Below, piece after piece: positions 30,371-40,462 of a stretch of 64,000 nt of DNA (its first letter is position 1; each line of letters begins with the position of its first letter). The notes under the pieces are model-generated. The model had not been told where the DNA came from and searched no databases. It worked only from the letters and a program-made list of their open reading frames with translations. The DNA comes from Candidatus Spongiisociaceae bacterium (GTDB lineage Bacteria > Actinomycetota > Acidimicrobiia > Spongiisociales > Spongiisociaceae). The DNA lies in assembly GCA_965262915.1 (NCBI GenBank), contig OZ253564.1:1-64000 (forward strand), read 5' to 3'. Made by a program: the position numbers and the translations under genes.

Positions 30371-30595
30371 CCCACCAACCTAACAGCAGCCCGCACTGCG
30401 GGATTCGACGAAACCCCGGGGGAACTGGCCCACGGAGCGCAGCGTGATTCGGCCTCAAAGGTGTTCGGTACTTAGCCTGAATCCACCGATGGGGAGGGCA
30501 CAGCGGACAGCCAAAGCGGGGGCAGGCTATCGGTAACAGATCCAATGTACCGACACCTTGACCCCGCAGCCCGTTGGATACCACCGACCATGGGC

Positions 30596-30832
30596 TCAGT
30601 CCTCGGGTTCGTGGCCCACCAGGCGTTGGATCCGCACGATATCGCCGGCCCAGCCGCAGGCGTTGCACTAGGTGTGGTAGACGCGGCGGTCGGCTTCCCA
30701 GTACTCGACGGAGATGCCTTCCGAACCCGTCACCTGGCCGGCGCAGCTCGGGCAGAAGCGGGGCAGGTCGGCTAGGTGGGCGACCCGGTCGGGATCCCAC
30801 CAGTGGGTACCTGAGAGGCGCTGCTCGGTCAT
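30596..30832 (-). pseudogene. Small zinc-ribbon-like protein with internal TAG
   Basis: MTEQ...FCPSC...VEYWEADRRVYHT*CNACGW...GHEPED; stop at 30668-30670; not in the ORF track. Confidence 0.6.
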
Positions 30833-30836
30833 CAGG

Positions 30837-32132
30837 TCACATTGTCCTAGGGGCGTCGAGATCGTACGGCTGCCTCACCGAGTACTCATCCGAACGCGGC
30901 ACCTCACCCCGGGCTCTCGCGGCTTCGAGATGTATCTTGCGCAGGGTGTCGAGGGCCGGTGACTACCTCATCGAACCCATGTCCAGCCAGGCCAGGGCGA
31001 AGTCGATGCCGGCGCCAAACTTCTTCTTCTCGCACGGGAGCTTGATCCGCTCCTGGGACGCGCAGGTGAACGCCGCCGTCGGGTCGTCGCCGGCTTCCAC
31101 CCGGGCCATCTGGGGCCCGGAACATACGCCAGCTCACGATGACCCCGATGTCGGACTTGCCGATGTGCTCGGAGGTCCGATCGGCGATCCTGCCCTGGCT
31201 CACGCAAGCCTTCACGTCCTGACCTTCGATGTAGTCGACGATGTGGCGGCCCTTATCGTCGAGCCACTGGTACTCGTAGTCAACCGGATAGATCTGTTCG
31301 GGGTAGGTGTCGAGACCCTCCGGGTGGTGGTTCGAGTAGAACATCGCCCACGTGGTGGTGTCGTCGATCGAAACCCGGATCTGCATCTGGTCGATGCCAG
31401 CGCCCCCCACCCGCATCGAGTGCGGGAATACCAACGGGTGGCCCACCGCCCAGTCGTCGTCCTCCTCGGTGTGGCCCTCGAGGACCGTCGCTTGAGGATG
31501 CCCCACTCCATCGCGTCGAACCCGACCTTCAGGTGCTTCTTCTGGAAGGACTTGGGCGCCACGAAACCCTGCTGCGCGCCCAGGAAATCGAAGTAGCGAC
31601 CGTGCAGCCATTCGACGTGGTGGGGATCGACCGAGTTCTCCATGATCTGGAGCCAGTTGCAGGGCAGCATCGAATGGCCCACGTCGACGAACACATCGAA
31701 GCGGGGCAGTTCGGGAGCCGGATCAGGACCGATGTATGCCCACACCATCCCGCCCAGCGCCTGTGCCTTGCCGGCGAAGGCCTTCACATGGCGCATGAAG
31801 GTGGACTTGCCCGGCTCCGCGGGCTACTCGATGCAGTTGCCGGAAAGTCGAACTTCCGTCCGTGGTAGCCGCAGCGGAGACCGCCCTCCTCGACCACGCC
31901 ATAGGTCAGCGAAGCAGCCCCGTGCGGACATTGCTCCTGCATGATGCCGTAACCACCCTGGGGGGTCGTCCACAATGCGAAGTCCTCGCCCAGCAGCCTC
32001 ATCTTACGGATGGGCCACTCGTCAAGCTCGCGCATGAAGGCGACCGGATACCAGTACCGGCGTAGTAGCTCGCCCATCGGCGTACCCGGACCGACCCGGG
32101 TCAGCCGTTCGTTCTGCTCCTTGGAAAGGATT
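30837..32132 (-). pseudogene. Rieske non-heme iron oxygenase alpha subunit (phthalate 4,5-dioxygenase/LigXa-like), disrupted
   Basis: LSKEQNERLTRVGPGTPMGELLRRYW, CPH/CGYHG, CNWLQIMENSVDPHH..LH, QD..QG spread over several frames; ATC in place of start after AGGAGAGG; in-frame TAG near 30963. Confidence 0.88.
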
Positions 32133-32193
32133 GCCCCTCTCCTTCCCGTGTCCCCTCGGGGTAAACCTCGTTCCTTCTGCCGCCGCTCGTGGA

Positions 32194-32715
32194 TCAGCCG
32201 ATGACCGTCACCGTGCCGGAGCTTCCGTCCACCCGCAGCATCGTTCCGGTCTCGATGTCCGTCGTGCCGAAGGCAGTTCCGGTGGCGGCCGGCAGGCCGT
32301 ACTCCCGGCACACGATGGCGGCGTGGGACATCATCCCGCCGATATCGGTCACCGCGGCGCCGATGGTGCCGAAGGCCGGCGCCCAGCTCGGCGCGGTGAT
32401 CGGCGCCACCAGGATCTCCCCGTCCTGCAACCGGCCGATGTCGTCGGCCGACATGATCACCCGGGCCGGGCCTTCCGCCACCCCGGGCGAGGCAGCAAAG
32501 CCGCGCAGGCCGCCGTCGGCATTGTCACCGGCGCCCAACCACATACCGATGCTCTCGGATGTGATGCCCCACAGCATGATGGTGAACGGCTCGGTGACAA
32601 CCTCCGGGGGCTCACCGAGGGCGGGCGGCGGACTCCAGTGCCGGAGGGCTTCCACGATACCCTTCCGCCTCGCAACCTCCCTGGGCCAGTACACCGGGCC
32701 ACGTGAGGCGGCGCG
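32194..32715 (-). pseudogene. PEP-utilising enzyme mobile (phospho-His) domain, 5' truncated
   Basis: ASPGVAEGPAR, GEILVAPIT.PSW, GGMMSHAAIVCREYGLP, VDGSSG; N-terminal region missing. Confidence 0.78.
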
Positions 32716-32926
32716 ATTTGGGTGTTGGTAGGAGTCAAGCCTCGTGATATCCTTGTCGGTACCACCCCTATCGCTTCGGCGGTAGGGCCGAGACCGCCTT
32801 CCCCCGGCGGTCTCTGTCTTTCTCGGGAAGTCGCGATCGTTCAGCAATCCTGCCGTGTCGGTGGCATTCGCAGCAGTTGACCGTTACCGAGCTGCTCAAC
32901 GACGTGAGTAGTCATTCCATACCACA

Positions 32927-33230
32927 AGACCGGGTGGAAACCGGCATCGACCCTATCTCCCTGATCGAGGTGGCCGACGATGCGGTGCGTCCCATCCAGC
33001 CCGAACAGGGCGTCATCGACGGTGACGGGCTGCTCCTCGGATACGCCGGCGTATACAGTTCTTTCCTCCTCCACGCCAGGCGGGCAGCCGAGCGCTACGG
33101 AGTACCGACCAGGGACATCCTGCTCGAACTAGGGGAACGCAAGGTGGTGGGGGGCCAGGAGGACATGATCATCGACGTGGCGATGGACCTCCAGCGCTGG
33201 GCGGCGGCCGCCCAGCCGGTAATCGCCTGA
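32927..33230 (+). pseudogene. dmpG: 4-hydroxy-2-oxovalerate aldolase, C-terminal communication domain only
   Basis: [26 protein letters not shown]; catalytic barrel absent. Confidence 0.85.
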
Positions 33231-33242
33231 GAGGGGCTGCCG

Positions 33243-34031
33243 ATGGATCACCAACCCCCCGCCCGCGGCCTGATTGAGCGGTTCGCAGCCCGGCTCACGG
33301 AAGCCGTCGCTAGCCGGTCGGCTATCAGCCCCCTGACCGGAGAGTACCTCTTCACGGTCGAGGAGGCCTACGACATACAGGAGGCGGTACTGGCTCGGGC
33401 AACCGGCGCCGGCGAGAGCATCGTCGCCGCCAAGCTCCGGGTTGACCAGCCGGGCGAAGCAGGAGCAGATGGGGGTGTCGGAGGCCCTCTACGGTTGGCT
33501 CACCGACCGCCACCGGCTGAAGCCCGGAGAACCCCTCGACAGCGGTCGGCTCATCCAGCCGCGAGCCGAACCGGAGATCGCCTTCATCACGTCACGGCAT
33601 CTTGAGGGACCGGTGGGACTTGACGATGTTCTATCCGCTACCGCGGCTGTAGCGCCGGCACTCGACATCCTCGATTCCCGCTTCGCGGGCTACGCGTTCA
33701 CGTTGGCCGACGTGGTAGCAGACAACTGCAGCGCCGGCGCGTTCGTGCTAGGTAATCCCGTGCCTCTGGATAGCTTTGATCTGGGGCTGGTGGGTTGCGT
33801 ATTCGAGAAGAACGGCGAGGTGGTGGGAACAGCTGCGGAGCCGCAGTGTCGGGACACCCGGCGACGGCACTGGCCTGGTTCGTGCGGAAGCTGGCCGAAC
33901 GTGGCAAGGGCCTCCCCGCCGGATCTCTGGTGTTGCCCGGGGCACTGACCGGCTCGGTGCCGATCGGGCCGGGGGACTCGGTGGTCGCCTCTTTCGACCG
34001 TATCGGATCGGTCGGGCTGTCCGCAGCATGA
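33243..34031 (+). pseudogene. 2-keto-4-pentenoate hydratase / 4-oxalocrotonate decarboxylase family, two frameshifts
   Basis: EAYDIQ, KL/GLTSRAKQ, PRAEPEIAF, DSRF, VADN, GHP..A.AW, GALT in three frames; shifts near 33438 and 33837. Confidence 0.85.
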
Positions 34032-34172
34032 GCGGACCCGACGTGGACGCCATCACCTTCACCGGGGAGTCGGCCACCGGCAAGGCCATCATGACCACCG
34101 CCGCCCCCAACCTCAAGAAACTCTCGTTCGAGGTGGGCGGCAACTCTCCGAACATCGTCTGCGCCGACGCGG
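34028..34172 (+). pseudogene. Internal fragment of an aldehyde dehydrogenase (2-hydroxymuconic semialdehyde dehydrogenase-like)
   Basis: PDVDAITFTGESATGKAIM..AA.NLKKLSFEVGGNSPNIV.ADAD. Confidence 0.8.
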
Positions 34173-34607
34173 ATCCACGAACGGATCGAACTTGTCGAGC
34201 ACGTCCATGCGTTCGATCCAGGAGGGGTCGTGGAAGCGGCTGAGGTCGTTGGTCAGCGCGGCTACCCGCAGTCCGCTTTCGATCAATGTCCGGCGCAACT
34301 GCCAGGTGTCCGGGCGTAGGACCTCGTCCCTCGGTGCGTCGAAGAGCGAATCCATCAGGCTGCGCAACCGGTCTTCGCCGGCCCCGATCATCTCCGCGTA
34401 CCGGTCGGCTTGGCGGTGCCAGTATCCGAGTCCGGTGAACTCCCCGGCCCGGAACCTCCGCCAGAGTGAATCGCTGGCCGGGTCGAACGGACCGGCCAGG
34501 TCGATGCCGCCCGGCGGCAGACCGAGGCGCCGTTCACCGGGCGCCATCTCGAAGGGCGTGCGGATCACCACCCCTCCGAAATCGAACACGACTGCCTGGA
34601 TCGCCAT
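34172..34607 (-). pseudogene. HAD-family hydrolase, 3' truncated
   Basis: VVFDFGGV, LTND, FDPFVD then abrupt junction with the ALDH fragment; KP and DD motifs missing. Confidence 0.75.
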
Positions 34608-34621
34608 AACCGACGACCGCG

Positions 34622-34954
34622 TTACCCCGATGCCGGACCGCGACGAACTCCGGCGTTGGTTCCTTCACTGGAGGCCCTCTGCGAGAGCACCACGGTGAGT
34701 TCGGGAGGCATGGCGAATCCGACGCCCTCGAGCACCCGGAGCGTGCTCAGAAGCGCCGTAGCAACTCCCGACACCAGGTCGGCTGCCTCGGGGCTCACAA
34801 AGAATCCCTGGTGCGCCCGATTCAGGTGGCGGTAGATCTCCCGTCTCACCTGTCGCTGGGATCCGCTCTCCTGCAGCACCGCACCGGGTAGCTGCTCCGC
34901 GAGGCGAGCATCCGGGAAATCCGGAATCATGATCTGTATCTGCCATTGACTCAT
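34622..34954 (-). CDS. Hypothetical protein, paralog of 37155-37457
   Basis: Shares WQ..PD, EIYRH..R...GFFV, P.ELTV with the 37.2-kb ORF. Confidence 0.72.
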   Translation of the reverse strand: MSQWQIQIMIPDFPDARLAEQLPGAVLQESGSQRQVRREIYRHLNRAHQGFFVSPEAADLVSGVATALLSTLRVLEGVGFAMPPELTVVLSQRASSEGTNAGVRRGPASG

Positions 34955-35063
34955 AACAATATCTATAAAACATTACATGCGTCTGAACAAGGCTTTCGTC
35001 GCCGTAAATCCAAGAGGTCCCCACCCAGGTCGAGCGACTCCCCTCCCCGCCGGTGAACTCCGA

Positions 35064-36143
35064 TCAGGCTCTGGGACGGTCGAGCAGCCGGGCGGGATTC
35101 TCGACCAGCATCTGGTCCAGGTCCCCGGAATCAACTCCGAACTCGTCCTTCAGGGCGGGGACGATCCTGCCCATCACATGGGCGTAGCCCATGCCTCCGT
35201 AGGCGGTGAGCATCATCTTGAGGTGGACATCGCCCGCCAGCACCAGCCGGTCGGAGTACCCCTCGGACACGAGCAGCGCTATCGCCTCCATGCGCTCGTA
35301 GTCGGTGGCGTAGTTGCCCCGTCCGGGGTAGTAGAACTCGGTGCCGAACAGGTCGTACTCGACGGTGGCGCCCCCGTCCATCAGGCTGCGGTGGTTGCAG
35401 AGGTCGAGGATCTCGTCCGAGTGGCCGAAGACGATCCGGGTCGGGTCGGCGCCGTGCCCTACCAACCACTCAAGGATACGCGGAGCCTGGTACTGGCCCT
35501 GCGGGTCGAGGTGGACGCTGATGGCGGCACCCGTCCGCTGAGCGGCGAGGGCCGATCCCTGGAGGACCTTCCACTCGTTGTCGGTGACAGGATCGGTGGT
35601 GCCGATCTCCCCGATGATGGTCGGCCTGATACCGGTGCCGTCCACGCCGTTCTCCAGCTCGTCGATGAGGTAGGCGGCCACATCCTCCGCCGATTTGTTG
35701 TCGATCCAGGAGGGATGGCTCGGTCCCCGGTAGAAGCCGCAGCCGACCATGATGTGGACCCCGCTCCGCTCCGAGATGGCGGGCAACTCCGCCACCCGGC
35801 GGCCGATCCCAAGGGGGGTGACGTCGACGATCCCCCGGCCTCCCGCGCGGCGGAAGCGGCGCAGTTCGGAGACCGTGATGTCAGGATCGTCGAGCGACAG
35901 GTTGAACTTGTTCGACACGGCATTCCATCGAAGGTCGCCGATCTGGTCGATGGTGATGGGACGGTCGATCATCTCGGTGTCCGGATCGTCCAGGGCCTCC
36001 ACCGCGTCGATCAGCAGGTGTTCGTGCATGGTGGTGGGCCCCAGATCCCGGGGATCGATCGGTCCGAGAACGGTGCTTACCGGCAATGGGTCTCCAATGG
36101 TCGGTGGTCGGTTGTCCGTGCTCTGCAATACTGCGTCCTCCAT
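35064..36143 (-). CDS. Phosphotriesterase-homology protein (PHP/PTE family)
   Basis: TMHEHL, IIGEIG, SVH, GHSD, AGD. Confidence 0.9.
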   Translation of the reverse strand: MEDAVLQSTDNRPPTIGDPLPVSTVLGPIDPRDLGPTTMHEHLLIDAVEALDDPDTEMIDRPITIDQIGDLRWNAVSNKFNLSLDDPDITVSELRRFRRAGGRGIVDVTPLGIGRRVAELPAISERSGVHIMVGCGFYRGPSHPSWIDNKSAEDVAAYLIDELENGVDGTGIRPTIIGEIGTTDPVTDNEWKVLQGSALAAQRTGAAISVHLDPQGQYQAPRILEWLVGHGADPTRIVFGHSDEILDLCNHRSLMDGGATVEYDLFGTEFYYPGRGNYATDYERMEAIALLVSEGYSDRLVLAGDVHLKMMLTAYGGMGYAHVMGRIVPALKDEFGVDSGDLDQMLVENPARLLDRPRA

Positions 36144-36179
36144 CGCCGGTCGTCAACCTAGAAGTGATGGACCCCCATC

Positions 36180-36280
36180 AGGAGGGTGCTGAAGAACCCC
36201 CGTTGGCCCGACGGTCGATGACGAATGCCTCGTAAGCGGACGGCGGGCCAACCGCTACCGCTGTTCTTGAGCACCCTCCT
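36180..36280. mobile_element. MITE-like 101-bp element with 18-bp terminal inverted repeats
   Basis: AGGAGGGTGCTGAAGAAC ... GTTCTTGAGCACCCTCCT (17/18 match), inner GTTGGCCCG/CGGGCCAAC repeat. Confidence 0.65.
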
Positions 36281-36289
36281 AAGCTGGGG

Positions 36290-37105
36290 GTGATGGGTCC
36301 GGATGTTGCATACGACGAGCTGATCCCCGACCTTCGCCTCGATGGCAGGGTGGCCGCCGTGACGGGGGCCGGACGCGGGATCGGCCGGGAGACGGCCCGG
36401 ACGCTGGCCGCGGCCGGGGCTCATGTCCTGGTGACCGACATCGATGAGGCCGCCGCCCGGTACGCCGCCCGGGGTATCCGCCGGGAGGGCGGCTCGGCCG
36501 GCCACTACACCCTCGACGTCACGGACGAGGAACAGGTGAGGGGGTTCGCAAGGGAGGCGGAGCGCGCGGCGGGGGTCGCCCAGATCCTTGTCAACAACGC
36601 CGGGATCGTCACTATGGCCCCCTTCCTCGAGTTGGCGGAGGACGAGTTCGACGCGGTGGTGGCCGTGAGCCTGAGAGGGACCTACCTCATGACCCGGGCG
36701 CTGCTCCCCGCCATGAGGAGATCGGGCTGGGGTCGTGTGGTCTCGCTGTCCTCGATGCTGGGCAAGACCCCCGCCCCGTATGCGGCTCACTACTCGGCGG
36801 CCAAAGCGGCGATCATCGGCTTCACCCAGGCAATCGCCAAGGAGGCGGCCCCCGGAGTGACCGTCAATTGCCTGTGCCCCACCAATGTGGAGACCGGGAT
36901 CATGGAGGAGGACTTCGAGTTCTTCGGGGAGAAGGAAGGGATCTCCCCCGAGGCGCTCATGCGGCGTTGGATCGCTGCGATTCCCATGGGTCGACTGGGC
37001 CAACCCCTCGACGTGGCCCGGGCCGTGCTGTTGCTGGTCGGAGAAGCGGGAGCATTCACCACCGGCCAGGCCCTGAACGTGAGCGGGGGCGAAGAGGTCC
37101 ACTGA
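36290..37105 (+). CDS. SDR family oxidoreductase
   Basis: TGAGRGIG, NNAG, YSAAK, LNVSGG. Confidence 0.9.
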   Translation: MMGPDVAYDELIPDLRLDGRVAAVTGAGRGIGRETARTLAAAGAHVLVTDIDEAAARYAARGIRREGGSAGHYTLDVTDEEQVRGFAREAERAAGVAQILVNNAGIVTMAPFLELAEDEFDAVVAVSLRGTYLMTRALLPAMRRSGWGRVVSLSSMLGKTPAPYAAHYSAAKAAIIGFTQAIAKEAAPGVTVNCLCPTNVETGIMEEDFEFFGEKEGISPEALMRRWIAAIPMGRLGQPLDVARAVLLLVGEAGAFTTGQALNVSGGEEVH

Positions 37106-37154
37106 CCGACCTCGGGCGGCCGGTAGCCGGTCCGAGCAGCGCGGGTCGTCCCCC

Positions 37155-37457
37155 TCAGAGCTCCTCGTCCGCATCCACGGCCGTCGTGCGCACGGTGAGT
37201 TCGACCGGAACCGGCAGACCCTCGACCTCGAAGGCCCGGGTGGTTGCCAGCACCGCGGAAGCCGCAGCCGTCCCCGGGTCGGGAGCATTGATCCTCACGA
37301 AGAAACCGTAACGCTTCCGGCCCCGGTGGCGGTAGATCTCAAGGCTCACCCGCTCCAAGGCTCGGGCTTCCTGCTGGAGGGCTCGGGCGATCCGCACACC
37401 GACCGGAAGGGTGGCCCACGGGTCCGGTACCCTCACATCTACCTGCCAGTTCTCCAC
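37155..37457 (-). CDS. Hypothetical protein, paralog of 34622-34954
   Basis: Colinear similarity to the 34.6-kb ORF places the start at GTG 37457. Confidence 0.72.
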   Translation of the reverse strand: MENWQVDVRVPDPWATLPVGVRIARALQQEARALERVSLEIYRHRGRKRYGFFVRINAPDPGTAAASAVLATTRAFEVEGLPVPVELTVRTTAVDADEEL

Positions 37458-37624
37458 CCGGCACAATGTACACAATTCGGAGATGCGGTATCCAAACATC
37501 CGGACCCTGGGGTGGCTGTTACCAGTAGGCCCGGCGAACAAATAACGTGCTGAGCAAGGGCAAGATGGAGCGAGGACACCTCGAAAGCTCGCTTCCACCC
37601 ATCCGATTGTTAGAGAGGAAGAAC

Positions 37625-38764
37625 ATGTCCCGTTTCATCACAGCGAGAGGGATACTGCTGGCAGCCTTGATGCTCGTCGCGATGGCCTGTTCCGATTCGT
37701 CCCCGGAGAAGACCACCACCGACGGTACCCGAGTCCCGACGACCGCGGCAGCCTCCGACGCGGTGAACGCCGAGGACGTCACGGTCCCCTCGGAGCCATC
37801 GACCTCTACCACGCAGCCCGATGAGACACCCGAGACATCGACACCCGGCACAGCGCCCGAAAGCGAACCCGAGACGACGACGCCCGACACGGTGCCGGAA
37901 AGCGAACCCGAGACGGCGACACCCGACACGGACTCCGATGCCGCGGCCCTGCTGACCGCCGCCGGCCGGGAAGCCACCGGACGTTCGGTACGCGGTGAGT
38001 TCAAGCTACAGATAGGCCCGGCTGATTCCGGTATGGCTCTCGAGACGACGACCTTCGAGACCGACGCGGATGGGAACACCGGTCTGATCGTCTCGTTTCC
38101 GGATCCTTCCTCGAGCAGCGAGCTCAGGTACGTCGACGGAACGCTGTATGTACGCCTGCCGCAGGAACTCCTCTCCTCGTACGGTGTCGATCCGGCCTCC
38201 GGAGCAACATGGCTGACCGTCGACGAGGAGACATCGGGGCAAATGGGATTCACGTGCGTGTCGCCGCTGTCCTCCATGGGGCCGGGCACCGCGTCCGCGG
38301 ACTGCGACCCGATGGGCGACACCGCCGCGCTCCTTCCCGAGTTCGCCGACAACGCCACGATCGTCGGCCGGGCGGTTGTGCGGGGGGTAGATACGTCGGT
38401 GGTGCGGCTCGCCGTCTCGATCGGAGACCTGCTCGCCGGCGTCGCAGGGTCCATGCCGGACGCGGAGGACGAGTCCGGCGAGGTGGACGCTCTGGCCGAG
38501 GCATTCTCGTTCATCAGCGGCGACATCCACATCGACGTGTGGATCGACGACGACAATCGCATACACCGCCTCGCTGTCGACGTGGCGTCGCTCATGGCGG
38601 GGATGGCCGGCGCCGCGGGCGAAGACCCCGACGAAATACCCCAACTCATGGTCGTGGTCGACTACTACGACCACGACGCGGATTTCACCATCGAGGCCCC
38701 TCCGGTCGAGGAGATACTGGGCGACTTCGCCGACTACGTGGGCCCCGGTCCCGACACGTTCTGA
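37625..38764 (+). CDS. Lipoprotein, LppX/LprAFG (LolA-fold)-like, with acidic Thr/Pro linker
   Basis: Lipobox VAMAC, ELRYVDGTLYV, VRGVDT, DVWIDDDNRIHR, YYD...IEAP; 39-bp repeat encoding PESEPETTTPDT. Confidence 0.75.
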   Translation: MSRFITARGILLAALMLVAMACSDSSPEKTTTDGTRVPTTAAASDAVNAEDVTVPSEPSTSTTQPDETPETSTPGTAPESEPETTTPDTVPESEPETATPDTDSDAAALLTAAGREATGRSVRGEFKLQIGPADSGMALETTTFETDADGNTGLIVSFPDPSSSSELRYVDGTLYVRLPQELLSSYGVDPASGATWLTVDEETSGQMGFTCVSPLSSMGPGTASADCDPMGDTAALLPEFADNATIVGRAVVRGVDTSVVRLAVSIGDLLAGVAGSMPDAEDESGEVDALAEAFSFISGDIHIDVWIDDDNRIHRLAVDVASLMAGMAGAAGEDPDEIPQLMVVVDYYDHDADFTIEAPPVEEILGDFADYVGPGPDTF

Positions 38765-39070
38765 GAGTTGCACGCTCCTGAGGGTCGACCGGTTGCCGGC
38801 CTCTGCCGTGCTGAACGGGGGAAGGGGCAGGAGCGACCACCAGCCTGTTGCACCCGCAGTTCCAGGAGGGTCGTCAAGAACCAACGGTTGGCCCGCCGGG
38901 TCGATGACGGGATACCGCGTCAGCCGACGAGGGGCCGCCCATCTCAACCGTTTCCCGGCCTGCAAGTCGGAGACCCCGACCTTGCAACGGAGAAACCCCA
39001 AGTCGCCGGCTGCATCGATGCAACCCCGGACCGCGATAGGTCCAATGATCAGGGCTGCTCTGTTCGTATC

Positions 39071-40462
39071 ATGTCCGTCATGGCAGACAATTCCCATCCG
39101 ACTGTCTCGGAGGTCCTTGCCGAGCGGGTAAGCCGTTCACGACCCTCGGATCTCCCTTCCCCGGCTATCGAAGCAGCCAAGATATTCATCCTCGACACCA
39201 TCGGAGTCGGCCTGGCCGGAGCCAGGACATCAGAGAGCTGTAGCCTCGTGGAAACACTGCGCACATGGGCCAGCACGGGAGCAGCGTCGGTGTGGGGAAG
39301 GAACGTGTCCCTTCCCCCGTGGGGAGCCGCGATGGCCAACAGCCATCAAGCCCACTGCTTGGAGTTCGACTGCGTGCACGAACCGGCGGTTATACATCCG
39401 CTGACCGTGGTTCTCCCCTGCGCCATTGCCGAAGTCCAATCCCGCGCCCGGCGCGGGGAGAAGACATCCGGAGCGGAACTGATCACCGGGGTCGCCCTGG
39501 GGGTGGAGATCGCTAGCGGGTTGGGAACCGCCACCACGACGGCCTTGCGGTTCTTCCGGCCCTGCACCAACGGACTATGGGGAGGGGTGGCCGCGGTGGC
39601 GTGGCTCCGGGGTTTGGATGCGTCGATGACCGCCCATGCCCTGGGGATAGCCTACGGGCAGCTCTCGGGAACCATGCAACCCCACTCGGAAGGATCAGCC
39701 CTTCTCCCACTGCAGATGGCGTTCAGCGCCAGAAATGCCCTGACCTCGGTCGACCTTGCCGAAGCAGGACACGCCGGGCCACGGGAGGTGATCGAGGGCG
39801 AGTTCGGGTTCTACGGGCTGATCGAAGGAGCAGGAGACACCGCCCGGCTCCTCGACGAATGGACCCGCCCCTGGCGGATCACCCAGGTCTCCCACAAGCC
39901 GTTCCCCAGCGGACGCGCCACCCACTCGGCCATCGACGGGACCCTCCGGCTCCGACGCCGGCACGGCTTACACGCCGACCAGGTGCAAAGCGTCCTCATC
40001 GAGGTTCCCTCGATGATCAACCATCTGTGTGCCCGTCCCCTCATTCCCGACCCCACTCCTAACTACACCAGGCTCTGCATCCCCTACCAGATCGCCGGCG
40101 CCCTGGTCGACGGGTTCGTCGACCTCACCACTGTGCGTCCGGAGCGTCTCGTCGATCCGTTGATCGGAGAGCACGCAGCCAAGGTCGGAATCGCGTTGAA
40201 CGACACCGCCGACCCCAACGCCTTCAGCCCCCAGACCGTCACCGTCTCGCTCGCAGACGGCGCCGTGCATACGGTCACCGTCACCGAACTGCCCGGCTCC
40301 CCGGCCGCTCCACTCAGCCGGGCCGAGTACCTGGGCAAATTCAGGTCGTGTGTCGAGTATGGGGCCGAGGGGTGGGACTCCGACCGGACCGAGCGGGTGA
40401 TCGACCTGGTTGCACGCCTCGAGGACTTGGACGACGTAGGTCCGTTGACCGATCTCCTATGA
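39071..40462 (+). CDS. MmgE/PrpD family protein
   Basis: LDTIGV..AG, HCLEFDCVH, IHP, KPFPSGRATH, PGSP. Confidence 0.9.
   Translation: MSVMADNSHPTVSEVLAERVSRSRPSDLPSPAIEAAKIFILDTIGVGLAGARTSESCSLVETLRTWASTGAASVWGRNVSLPPWGAAMANSHQAHCLEFDCVHEPAVIHPLTVVLPCAIAEVQSRARRGEKTSGAELITGVALGVEIASGLGTATTTALRFFRPCTNGLWGGVAAVAWLRGLDASMTAHALGIAYGQLSGTMQPHSEGSALLPLQMAFSARNALTSVDLAEAGHAGPREVIEGEFGFYGLIEGAGDTARLLDEWTRPWRITQVSHKPFPSGRATHSAIDGTLRLRRRHGLHADQVQSVLIEVPSMINHLCARPLIPDPTPNYTRLCIPYQIAGALVDGFVDLTTVRPERLVDPLIGEHAAKVGIALNDTADPNAFSPQTVTVSLADGAVHTVTVTELPGSPAAPLSRAEYLGKFRSCVEYGAEGWDSDRTERVIDLVARLEDLDDVGPLTDLL

Noticed and set aside
30668-30670. Programmed TAG read-through (pyrrolysine)
   Set aside because: Lies in a cluster where all genes are broken; a TGG>TAG mutation is simpler and no pyl genes are seen
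38770-39060. Gene remnant or ncRNA in the intergenic gap
   Set aside because: No recognisable motif, repeat or convincing structure
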